A stretch of 64,000 bases of DNA from an uncultured Methanotrichaceae archaeon (GTDB lineage Archaea; Halobacteriota; Methanosarcinia; Methanotrichales; Methanotrichaceae), in contig CAZHNU010000005.1 of the NCBI GenBank assembly GCA_964534145.1, positions 29,234 through 93,233 on the forward strand, written 5' to 3'. The notes under the pieces are model-generated. The model was not told the origin of the DNA. It did no database searches and saw nothing but the letters and a program-made list of their open reading frames with translations. A program made the position numbers and the translations under genes. Shown piece after piece: positions 10,442 to 18,130 of the stretch (positions are counted from its first letter, which is position 1; each line of letters opens with the position of its first letter).

Positions 10442-10921
10442 ATGATGAAGCCTGATATCCAGATAAAGGAAATACGGGAACAGCCGACGCTGACCATTCG
10501 GGAGAGCGCCACCATGGCAACCATTCCTGAGAGGATGGGCCAGATCTTCTCGGAGGTCATCGCCTTCATGGGCAAGAAAGGGATCGTCCCCGCGGGCACA
10601 CCATTCGCCTACTGGCATGACATGAACTCGGAGAGCATGAGCAAAGGCGTCTTTGATATGGAATGCGGCTTTCCCGTGGGCGTGCCCGCTCAGGGCGACG
10701 GGCAGATAAAGGCCAGCAGGCTTCCCGGCGGAAAGGTCATAACGGCCATGCACATCGGGCCTTACGAGTCTCTCGCCCAGACCTACGAGGCGGTTTTGGC
10801 CTGGGTAAACGAAAAGGGGTATCAGGTCAAGGAGGATATGTGGGAAACCTACCTGACCAATCCCTGCGAGGAGCCGGATAAAACAAAATGGATGACTGAG
10901 ATTTTCTGGCCCATGAAGTGA
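10442..10921 (+). CDS. GyrI-like small-molecule-binding domain protein
   Basis: IKEIREQPTLTIRESATMATIPERMGQIFSEV...GPYESLAQTYEAVLAWVNEKGY...WETYLTNP. The ATG at 10442 is preceded by GGAGA; the ORF-track start is 10418. Confidence 0.65.
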   Translation: MMKPDIQIKEIREQPTLTIRESATMATIPERMGQIFSEVIAFMGKKGIVPAGTPFAYWHDMNSESMSKGVFDMECGFPVGVPAQGDGQIKASRLPGGKVITAMHIGPYESLAQTYEAVLAWVNEKGYQVKEDMWETYLTNPCEEPDKTKWMTEIFWPMK

Positions 10922-10927
10922 CCTTAA

Positions 10928-11353
10928 ATGTCTGAGCAGGAGTCTTTCTGGGGGGCGAAGTCCTTTGCGGTAATCACCGACAAAACAAAGCCTGCAATGA
11001 AATTTACGATTGAGGAGCTGTCATCAAGGGGAAAGAAGGTTTACGTCGTCGAATTGTCGGAGAAGCCTGACACCGGGGCCCTTAGAAGCATCTCAGAGCT
11101 TCCGGCAGGCGTAGACTGCGCAGTGATCGGTCTAACAAAGATAAACCCTGCAAACGCGATTTCTGAGCTTCAAAGGAAGGGTGTTAAAAAATACTGGATC
11201 CACTGGAGGACCGAAACGCCCGAGGCTGTGGCGAAATGCAAAGAGCTGCAGCTGCAGTGCGTCATTGGGCGATGCCCGATGATGTACCTCGCTCAAGGAA
11301 TAAGCATTCATACAATGCACCGAGGCGTAGCGAAGCTGTTTGGAAAATACTGA
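10928..11353 (+). CDS. CoA-binding (YccU/CoA_binding_2-like) domain protein
   Basis: SFAVITDKTKPAMKFTIEELSSRGKKVYVV...ELPAGVDCAVIGLTK...GVKKYWIH...VIGRCPMMYL fits the CoA_binding_2 layout. Confidence 0.55.
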   Translation: MSEQESFWGAKSFAVITDKTKPAMKFTIEELSSRGKKVYVVELSEKPDTGALRSISELPAGVDCAVIGLTKINPANAISELQRKGVKKYWIHWRTETPEAVAKCKELQLQCVIGRCPMMYLAQGISIHTMHRGVAKLFGKY

Positions 11354-11421
11354 GTGCATCTTAAGGCCTCCAAAAGCCTTTTCTCCTCGTATTTTAAAAA
11401 TTAATATAGGGTGAGGAAAGG

Positions 11422-11862
11422 ATGAGGAAACTAATAATCGTCTTGATCTTATTTGCGCTAATCATCCCATCGATGGCATTGACGGAATACCAGCAGGGCG
11501 TCCTGGATGGGCTCAGCCGCGGCTGGTTTATGGCTTCGAAATACGATCAGGCAAAGGCTGGAGACCCCGCTGCCTATAACGAGGCGGTCTCAAAGTACAA
11601 CGAGTGGATTGTGAGCGTGTTCGGGCAGAACGAATCGCTGATGATGAAGCCCTTTGACCAGACGTCTCAGGCTACTCCCTACTTCGACCAGGCCTCTCAG
11701 GCAACGCCCTACTTCGTCCAGAGGACGATTCAGCCCGTTCATTCAATAGACTCGAGCTGGAACCAGACATCGCTGCTGCCGGAGCCCGATGCAAGCGGCC
11801 GCATTCAAGGAGTGCCTGCTGAAACGTACTACAGCATCGGTCCCGCGCTCATCAATTTCTAA
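11422..11862 (+). CDS. Secreted hypothetical protein with an internal 10-aa tandem repeat
   Basis: Signal-like N-terminus MRKLIIVLILFALIIPSMA and the repeat FDQTSQATPY/FDQASQATPY. Confidence 0.5.
   Translation: MRKLIIVLILFALIIPSMALTEYQQGVLDGLSRGWFMASKYDQAKAGDPAAYNEAVSKYNEWIVSVFGQNESLMMKPFDQTSQATPYFDQASQATPYFVQRTIQPVHSIDSSWNQTSLLPEPDASGRIQGVPAETYYSIGPALINF
11653..11721 (+). repeat. 30-bp tandem duplication (2.3 copies) inside a CDS
   Basis: tttgaccagacgtctcaggctactccctac / ttcgaccaggcctctcaggcaacgccctac / ttcgtccag. Confidence 0.8.
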
Positions 11863-12125
11863 GAGAAATAAAAGGCTGGAGAACCATAGGAGAGGAGGCA
11901 TGGACCCATAGGTCTCCGGCCTGACGGGATTTTTATCAATGCGATGTTCAATTCATTCTCAATTATATCGATAAGTATTACAGGTAGGATATAAAGTTTC
12001 TGATAAAAGTTCAGAATAAACGATTGCCGGGACTTTTGATTGAAGCCCTGGCAAGGGACTGGCAAAATCCTGAATTAAGTAAGGTTTGAACGGCTTGCTT
12101 TGCAGGATAGCTTTTAGTCGAATCT

Positions 12126-12170
12126 AAAAAACATAAGAGAGCCAATAAAGCCATAAGGGGCTTTACTGGC
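12126..12170 (-). terminator. Hairpin plus oligo-T downstream of the tRNA pair
   Basis: On the minus strand, GCCAGTAAAGCC-ccttat-GGCTTTATTGGC forms a 12-bp stem with one G:U. It is followed by ...tatgTTTTTTag. Confidence 0.35.
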
Positions 12171-12196
12171 CTACTGCTCCCTTGCGGGCCAATTTA

Positions 12197-12269
12197 CGCC
12201 CGGACCGGGATTCGAACCCGGGTCGAAAGCTCGACAGGCTTTCATGATGGGCCACTACACCATCCGGAC
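12197..12269 (-). tRNA. tRNA-Asp (GTC)
   Basis: The reverse complement is GTCCGGATGGTGTAGTGGCCCATCATGAAAGCCTGTCGAGCTTTCGACCCGGGTTCGAATCCCGGTCCGGGCG. It shows a 7-bp acceptor stem, anticodon loop CTGTCGA and T-arm CCGGG-TTCGAAT-CCCGG. CCA is not encoded. Confidence 0.9.
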
Positions 12270-12277
12270 ATCTCAGA

Positions 12278-12386
12278 TCCCGCCTCCCAGATTCGAACCG
12301 GGGACATCGCGGTGACTGCGCGCATAGCACCTTCCGGTGCGAAACATACTACAGCCGCGCACTCTACCAGGCTGAGTTAAGGCGGG
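12278..12386 (-). tRNA. tRNA-Tyr (GTA) with a 35-nt intron at position 37/38
   Basis: The reverse complement starts CCCGCCT-TA-ACTC-AGCCTGGTA-GAGT-G-CGCGG-CTGTAG. The intron is TATGTTTCGCACCGGAAGGTGCTATGCGCGCAGTC, at 12314-12348. The rest is A-CCGCG-ATGTC-CCCGG-TTCGAAT-CTGGG-AGGCGGG-A. The C1:G72 pair is the archaeal/eukaryal Tyr identity pair. Confidence 0.85.
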
Positions 12387-12548
12387 CCTCTCGCTACAAG
12401 TTATTTCTAATACTTAGATCTTTCGACACACCGACCGTACTGTTCTGCATAACCCCTTTATGCCATGCGGGCCTAATCGACATGCGCAATGCAAAAAGAT
12501 GGCTTGAAACGAATTGAAACGAATTATCGCGTTTGAGGCAGGGATAAA

Positions 12549-13079
12549 ATGCTCATTGGATTGATGTCCGATTCTCATGATAACATCAAGGGCACAAAAG
12601 ACGCCCTGAAGGCCTTTTCCCAAAGGGACGTTGAGCTGATACTGCACGCGGGCGACATGATAGGCTCCGGCAACTGCTATACCTTCGAGGGCTGCGGCGT
12701 GCCCGTAAAGCTTGTTTACGGAAACAACGACGGCGACCGCGAAGGCCTGATGCGTGAGTTCCACCGCGTGGGCGGGGAATACCTGGGCGACTTCGGCGAG
12801 ATAGAGGCCGGCGGCCTTAAGATCGCCATGCTGCACGGCACTGAGGATTCGCTGGTGAGAGCGGTGGTAGCCTCGCAGATCTACGATGTGGTCGTGCGCG
12901 GCCACAACCACCGCGCTGAGGCGACTCGCTATGGGAAGACATTGCTCTTAAATCCCGGCGAGATCTGGGGCAACTTCACGGGCTTAAGCTCTGTTGCCGT
13001 ACTGGACACCGCGAGCCTTAATGTCGAGACAATCGAGCTTGGCAGGTATAAGACCTTCAGGGAGATACTGATAGAGTGA
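12549..13079 (+). CDS. MJ0936/YfcE-family metallophosphoesterase
   Basis: GLMSDSHDN, HAGDM, YGNNDGD, MLHG and RGHNH motifs. Confidence 0.8.
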   Translation: MLIGLMSDSHDNIKGTKDALKAFSQRDVELILHAGDMIGSGNCYTFEGCGVPVKLVYGNNDGDREGLMREFHRVGGEYLGDFGEIEAGGLKIAMLHGTEDSLVRAVVASQIYDVVVRGHNHRAEATRYGKTLLLNPGEIWGNFTGLSSVAVLDTASLNVETIELGRYKTFREILIE

Positions 13080-13543
13080 CGGAGGCAGAGTCGCATGCAG
13101 AAGGGGCTTATTTTGAAGCACTGGAGTGCAGCCTTCTGGTTGAGCGGTCGGGGCATAAAATAAGGAGGATCTATTTCTCAAAAGAACCGGCCACAAAGCC
13201 TTCAGCTCTCGCCAAAGAGATCATCGCCTACGTGGAGGGCAAAGGGCTGCGCCCAGAGGCGGAACTGGACCTATCGGGCTTCACCGAGTTCCAAAGACAG
13301 GTCTTTGCGGCAGTGCAAAGCATTCCGCGCGGTCAGACCCTGACCTACGGGGAGGTCGCCCTGCTGGTGGGAAGGCCTGGTGCTGCGCGTGCCGTAGGGC
13401 AGACGATGGCAAAGAATCCCTTTTTAATCCTTGTGCCGTGCCACAGGGTGGTCTCAAAGGAAGGGCTGGGCGGATTTGGGTGGGGGCTTGAAGCAAAGAG
13501 GAGGCTGCTGGAAGCAGAGGGGAAGCAGAATTTGGCGGAATAG
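13076..13543 (+). CDS. ogt: Methylated-DNA--protein-cysteine methyltransferase
   Basis: Active site LILVPCHRVV, IPRGQTLTYGEVA and GAARAVGQTMAKNP. A GTG start overlaps the upstream stop by 4 nt. Confidence 0.85.
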   Translation: MTEAESHAEGAYFEALECSLLVERSGHKIRRIYFSKEPATKPSALAKEIIAYVEGKGLRPEAELDLSGFTEFQRQVFAAVQSIPRGQTLTYGEVALLVGRPGAARAVGQTMAKNPFLILVPCHRVVSKEGLGGFGWGLEAKRRLLEAEGKQNLAE

Positions 13544-13828
13544 AATCCAGAAAAAATCGCCAGTTAACTTAGCGATTGCCATTGCGTGCTCCACCAGTGC
13601 GAGAGAGGGACAATACTCCTGCAAGGACTGCACTTTTCTAAAAAAATTTTTTGTTCATAATATAGATCAGCTTGGAATACAGTGTGGATGCGATGAGAAT
13701 CCCGGAAACAATTGTGGCAATCGCTTACTGTTGTTGCAGAATCAGAGACTAAAGATTACATTATTTTAAAAAAACTCGGTTATATTGAATCGAATAGATC
13801 ACTACATTTAAAAAAAGGAGATACTCAA

Positions 13829-14056
13829 ATGCGCGATGAAGAAGATAAGACAATTTACAGAGTGGTTGTAAACCACGAAGAACAGTATTCCATCTGGCCG
13901 GTAGACCGTGAAATCCCGCTGGGCTGGCGCGATGCAGGAGTCTCTGGCCCAAAAGATAAATGCCTGGACTACATCGAGGAAGTCTGGACTGATATGCGGC
14001 CACTATCGCTTAGGAAGAAAATGGAGGCTGAGGCCCAAAATAAACAGAGCGTATAG
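13829..14056 (+). CDS. MbtH-like protein
   Basis: [52 protein letters not shown] contains all three signature Trp positions. The ATG at 13829 is preceded by AAGGAG. The ORF-track start at 13712 is probably too far upstream. Confidence 0.8.
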   Translation: MRDEEDKTIYRVVVNHEEQYSIWPVDREIPLGWRDAGVSGPKDKCLDYIEEVWTDMRPLSLRKKMEAEAQNKQSV

Positions 14057-14174
14057 GCCGGCCGCGGCTGCAATGAAGCGACTGGGGCTTTGCCCCGGCC
14101 CAAATTGCAGGAAGACCACTGCCGAGCGTTTTATCAGGAGTTTATATCCGGAGCTTATCAGGACCATTTCTTCT

Positions 14175-14619
14175 CTAAAGCTCGTTGCTTCTTCTATCTT
14201 TCACCCGGTTGGCATGCTCATGCGCCAGCCTGCACGGCTCGGGCAGCTTGTGGCCTTTAAGCCACTGCCTTGTTGCCTCCAGCGCCGATTCTACGGATAT
14301 CTTATGCCCCGGAGCTACAACTATCGGCCTGCAGCCCTTTTTTGATTTAAGCAGGTATCCCACAATGCTCTCTCCATAAAGCAGAGGCTCCATATCGCCT
14401 TCGCTCTCCGGCAGGCAAAACTTTCCGCAAAGAACGCTTTTGCTGATTTCAATTGTCGGCAGGTCGAGGATGACGCCCACGTAAGTCGCCAGCCCTGCTC
14501 TTCGGGGGTGGTTTATGCCGCAGCCGTCTACAAACAGGAGAGTTGGCTTTCTATTCAGGCCCCTGACGGCCTTGACGGCAGCAGGCCCCTCTCGAAATGA
14601 TAGAAATCCGGGAACGTGA
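14175..14619 (-). pseudogene. nfi: Endonuclease V, 3' fragment (about 147 codons)
   Basis: My translation upstream of the track ORF gives HVPGFLSFREGPAAVKAVRGLNRKPTLLFVDGCGINHPRRAGLATYVGVILDLPTIEISKSVLCG...VVAPGHKISVESALEATRQWLKGHKLPEPCRLAHEHAN. Homology stops abruptly at ~14619. Confidence 0.75.
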
Positions 14620-15120
14620 CTACTCCCCGCCCTGAAGGGCGGGGCTTCTATGGCTTCCTATGCCAACAGATTGTAATCCTATTCTGAGAATGCTTATGGC
14701 CGCGTTCCAATCACGGTCCATTGACAGCCCACATTGAGGGCAGTTATGGACTCTATCGGATAGCGACTTTTCAACAAAAAGACCACATCTTGAGCACATC
14801 TTAGACGTATTTCTCGGATCTACCAGGACTACCATCGAACCGGCACTTGCAGCCTTGTACGATGTTGCAGTTACCAGCATATTCCAGGCTACATCGGAGA
14901 TGGATTTTGCCAAGCAGTGGTTACGCAACATGCCTTTAATGTTCAAATCTTCAAAGGCTATGAATCCAAATCTATCAACCAGATTATGACTAACTTGATG
15001 GGCAAACTCATATCGTTTATTTGCTATCCTCTCATGGACTCTCTGAACTACCTTAATAGCTTTCTTCCTCTCAGGCGTACCTCTAAAAGCCTTAGATAGC
15101 TTTCTCTGAACTTGTAAGCC
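14620..15120 (-). mobile_element. tnpB: 5'-truncated tnpB (IS200/IS605 family) with its right-end hairpin
   Basis: The frame is open only from the stop at 15121-15123. It reads LQVQRKLSKAFRGTPERKKAIKVVQRVHERIANKRYEFAHQVSHNLVDRFGFIAFEDLNIKGM...VVLVDPRNTSKMCSRCG...CPQCGLSMDRDWNAAISIL. RuvC-II, the zinc finger and RuvC-III are present but the N-terminal half is missing. The terminal hairpin CCCCGCCC-tgaa-GGGCGGGG is at 14625-14644. Confidence 0.75.
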
Positions 15121-15289
15121 TTAAGCACGATTACTCGTTATGCATATGCATTTATGGGATAAATAAGTTAGTAACATAACAGCGGGGTACGATTCATCCT
15201 GTGGCTGATTTTCATCAGCCACTCCCCCGGACAACAGTCCAGGAGACCGGCCTAAAGACCGGGGTTTTCTCTGCCTCCGCACCCCAACA
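15121..15289 (-). mobile_element. Non-coding IS-end-like remnant
   Basis: No credible ORF. There is a perfect hairpin GTGGCTGAT-gaaa-ATCAGCCAC (15201-15222) and a ccccggtctttaggccgg motif of the kind seen at archaeal IS605 ends. It sits between the truncated tnpB and the nfi 5' fragment. Confidence 0.35.
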
Positions 15290-15388
15290 TTATAAGGCAC
15301 TGCTGTATTCATCGAGCACTGTCCGTGAGGCTATCTTGCGCTGAACCTTGATCAGGCGCCTTTCAAGAGAGCTATTGAGCGGGCTCAT
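15290..15388 (-). pseudogene. nfi: Endonuclease V, 5' fragment
   Basis: The ATG at 15388 lies 3 nt after the upstream phoU-like stop. MSPLNSSLERRLIKVQRKIASRTVLDEY then runs into unrelated sequence and a stop. Confidence 0.5.
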
Positions 15389-15390
15389 TC

Positions 15391-16392
15391 TCAGGACTTT
15401 TGCAGATCCAGGAGCGTGTGGCTCAGGTTTATGGTCAGCTCGCCGATGTTCATGATGTAGTCGAGTATGCGCTCAACGCTTCCGGCAACGACCAGACGGA
15501 CGAGCATCTCTGACTGATCCTTTGCGCCTGACGAGTTTGCAATGATCTGGATGCGCCTTTGCATCTCCTGCGCCCTATCTATCAGCTTGTTAGCCTCACC
15601 TGAATTAGCCTGCAGCAGATAGGACAGTGCATCGTCGATCAGGCTTCCGAAGACCGACTCCAGCCGGGCGACCTCCTCAGCCATCTCTTCAGGCAGCGCG
15701 TATTCGTACTGGCTGGCAACCACTGCTATTCTCGACGCATGGTCGCCTATCCTTTCCATGTTGGATGCGGCCTGCATATAGGTAAATGCCGTTACGGAGT
15801 TCAGGGTCTCCTGCTTTACCGATCCGGATCGCAAGATCTCGGTGAACTGGCGGTATATGAGCAGGTTCAGCCTGTCCACATCGTTATCCCTCTGGACCAC
15901 GTCCAAGGCCAGCTCCTTGTTGCATTTCAGAAGGGCCGATATCGAGTCCTGAATCATCGATTTAACGACCGTCTTTATGCGCCTTAAGGCCCTTTCAGCC
16001 TGAAGCTCCTCCGAGCTTAAAAGGTCCTGGATGACAACCTTATTTATTGTCTCTTCCAATATCTCCGGGCCTATGAGCTTGTTCACGATCTGGTGGAGGT
16101 CCTTCTTCTGAGCGGAGGACATATGGCTGGAAACAGCCTCGATGGTGCGGTAGCCACCCAAATAGCAGCCAATGATATCCCTCACAAGCGGTTCTCCAGA
16201 TTTGTCCCCGATATCCAGACGTGCCCTGAGATCCTTCTCTGATCTATCCGTAGATAGCATCAGTCCGCCGTTGTCGCTCTGGGTGATGTAAATAATAGAT
16301 CCGGCCTGCACCCCGTTCTTCGTCGCCCAGTTCTTGGGCAGGGAGACGATGAATGTGGATTTGCCGGTCCTCTGTACCTTTCTCGTATCCAT
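15391..16392 (-). CDS. Phosphate uptake regulator with an AbrB/SpoVT N-domain and two PhoU repeats
   Basis: The N-terminus RKVQRTGKSTFIVSLPKNWATKNGVQAGS is AbrB-like. It is followed by PhoU repeats (...ERIGDHASRIA...). Confidence 0.85.
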   Translation of the reverse strand: MDTRKVQRTGKSTFIVSLPKNWATKNGVQAGSIIYITQSDNGGLMLSTDRSEKDLRARLDIGDKSGEPLVRDIIGCYLGGYRTIEAVSSHMSSAQKKDLHQIVNKLIGPEILEETINKVVIQDLLSSEELQAERALRRIKTVVKSMIQDSISALLKCNKELALDVVQRDNDVDRLNLLIYRQFTEILRSGSVKQETLNSVTAFTYMQAASNMERIGDHASRIAVVASQYEYALPEEMAEEVARLESVFGSLIDDALSYLLQANSGEANKLIDRAQEMQRRIQIIANSSGAKDQSEMLVRLVVAGSVERILDYIMNIGELTINLSHTLLDLQKS

Positions 16393-16398
16393 AATTAT

Positions 16399-17064
16399 CT
16401 AATTGAGGTGTTCCCTTTTTCCTTCAACTATATAGACTATAGATTCACATATATTACATATGTGATCGCCAATTCTCTCCAAATGCCTGTTCACTAAAAG
16501 AAGCGATGTGGCGTCATCTATTATCTCCGGTCGCTCGATTATTAATTTGAATATCTTGCTCCTGGCCTTTACATATAGGCCGTCAATCTCGTAGTCGCAC
16601 TTGGTTATCTGTCTGGCAAGGTTAGAATCGTCATTTTTAAGCGCGACGACAGACTCTGAGAGCATCTTTTTGGCGATCTCTGCCATTCGTGGTATATATT
16701 CCAGCTTTGTTATATGGGGTTTGTCCCTTGACTGGGCTGCAACTCTCGCTATATCCACCGCAAGATCCCCTATCCTTTCCAGGTCTATGCCGATTTTTAA
16801 AATGCCTATGATCCTTCTCAGATCTTTGGCCATGGGCTGCTGAAGCGCCAGAAGCTCCATGCACAGGTTCTCGATCTTCTGGCTCACATCGTCCACCTTT
16901 TGGTCGCCCTTAATGATCTCCTTTGCCAGCTCTACATTGAGATCGCGAAGGGCCGTGACCGATTGCTCAATGGCCCTGCCCACACTCTCTGCCAGGCCCT
17001 CGGTCAGCGTCTTCAGCTCGTCCAACTCTCTATGATATCGCTCTCTGTATGGGCTCATCTCCAC
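16399..17064 (-). CDS. phoU: Phosphate transport system regulator PhoU
   Basis: Two PhoU repeats carry LERIGDLAVDIA and LERIGDHICNI. Confidence 0.9.
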   Translation of the reverse strand: MEMSPYRERYHRELDELKTLTEGLAESVGRAIEQSVTALRDLNVELAKEIIKGDQKVDDVSQKIENLCMELLALQQPMAKDLRRIIGILKIGIDLERIGDLAVDIARVAAQSRDKPHITKLEYIPRMAEIAKKMLSESVVALKNDDSNLARQITKCDYEIDGLYVKARSKIFKLIIERPEIIDDATSLLLVNRHLERIGDHICNICESIVYIVEGKREHLN

Positions 17065-17080
17065 TCCCCATCAAAACGGC

Positions 17081-17827
17081 TCATCCGAACCTTCCTGTTA
17101 TGTAATCCTCAGTGCTCTTCTCTCTGGGCATCTCGAACAACCGCTTGGTTTCTCCCACTTCAATCAGCTCCCCAAGCAGGAAAAAGGCTGTTATGTCCGA
17201 GATTCTGGCTGCCTGCTGCATGTTGTGAGTGACTATCACCTGGGTATAGTTCTCTTTCAGTGTCTCCATCAGGCTTTCAATCTTTGCCGTGGAGATCGGG
17301 TCCAGGGCGCTGCACGGCTCATCGAACAGGATGACATCCGGCCTCATGGCCAGCGTCCTGGCAATGCACAGCCTCTGCTGCTGTCCTCCCGACAGTCCCA
17401 AAGCGGGCTGGTCCAGCCTGTCTGAGACCTCTTCCCAGAGGGCCGCATCCTTTAAGCTTCGTTCTACAATTTCATTTATCTTTTTGGCTCCGTGGATCTT
17501 GGGGCCGTACGCCACGTTGTCGTATATCGACATGGGAAACGGATTTGGCTTTTGAAACACCATGCCTATCCTTTTTCGAATCTCAACAACGTCGACATCT
17601 TTGTCGTAAATATTTATCCCGTCATACTGCACCTCGCCCTCAACTCTCACTCCCTCAACCAAATCGTTCATCCTGTTGATACAGCGTATGAACGTGGACT
17701 TTCCGCAACCAGAAGGACCGATGAGGGCGGTTATCTTCTTTTCTGGAATTTCCAGATATATGTCCTTTAGGGCGTGCTTTTGGCCGTACCATAGGTTCAA
17801 ATCCTTGGAAATGATCTTAGAGCTCAC
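17081..17827 (-). CDS. pstB: Phosphate ABC transporter ATP-binding protein
   Basis: Walker [10 protein letters not shown], signature [13 protein letters not shown] and Walker B ILFDEP, with PstB-type context ([15 protein letters not shown]). The start is GTG. Confidence 0.9.
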   Translation of the reverse strand: MSSKIISKDLNLWYGQKHALKDIYLEIPEKKITALIGPSGCGKSTFIRCINRMNDLVEGVRVEGEVQYDGINIYDKDVDVVEIRKRIGMVFQKPNPFPMSIYDNVAYGPKIHGAKKINEIVERSLKDAALWEEVSDRLDQPALGLSGGQQQRLCIARTLAMRPDVILFDEPCSALDPISTAKIESLMETLKENYTQVIVTHNMQQAARISDITAFFLLGELIEVGETKRLFEMPREKSTEDYITGRFG

Positions 17828-18002
17828 AAGAGATCCCCTTCATGTCCGTCTTCCCGGTTTCACAAATCCCTGCATATCCATGAGCATCGATGAGCCTTAT
17901 TTCCCATTCACCGATCATCTGTTGCTAACACCCGAGCAAGAACATCTTATAGGTGGCGATTCCATCCTGGAAGCTGCTCTTTTTACCCTGATTCGAGAAC
18001 GA

Positions 18003-18033
18003 CTATATAGATCTTCCTATATAGTCTATATAT
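18003..18033. promoter_or_regulatory. Three copies of the palindromic octamer CTATATAG/T in the pstB-thermosome divergent spacer
   Basis: ctatatag 18003-18010, ctatatag 18017-18024, ctatatat 18026-18033. Confidence 0.3.
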
Positions 18034-18076
18034 AAGCAAATCCACATACAAATGAGGGCTGTAATTAACCGATTCC

Positions 18077-18084
18077 TTTATATA
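18077..18084 (+). promoter_or_regulatory. Candidate TATA box for the thermosome gene
   Basis: tttatata lies ~47 nt upstream of the TTG start. The RBS GGGGAGG is at ~18115-18121. Confidence 0.4.
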
Positions 18085-18130
18085 GAACTTTAAACTGGTT
18101 ATAGGAAAAAAGTCGGGGAGGACTAAAGCT

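Noticed and set aside
12414-12911. 165-aa minus-strand ORF
   Set aside because: It is antisense to the metallophosphoesterase gene, which has all the signature motifs.
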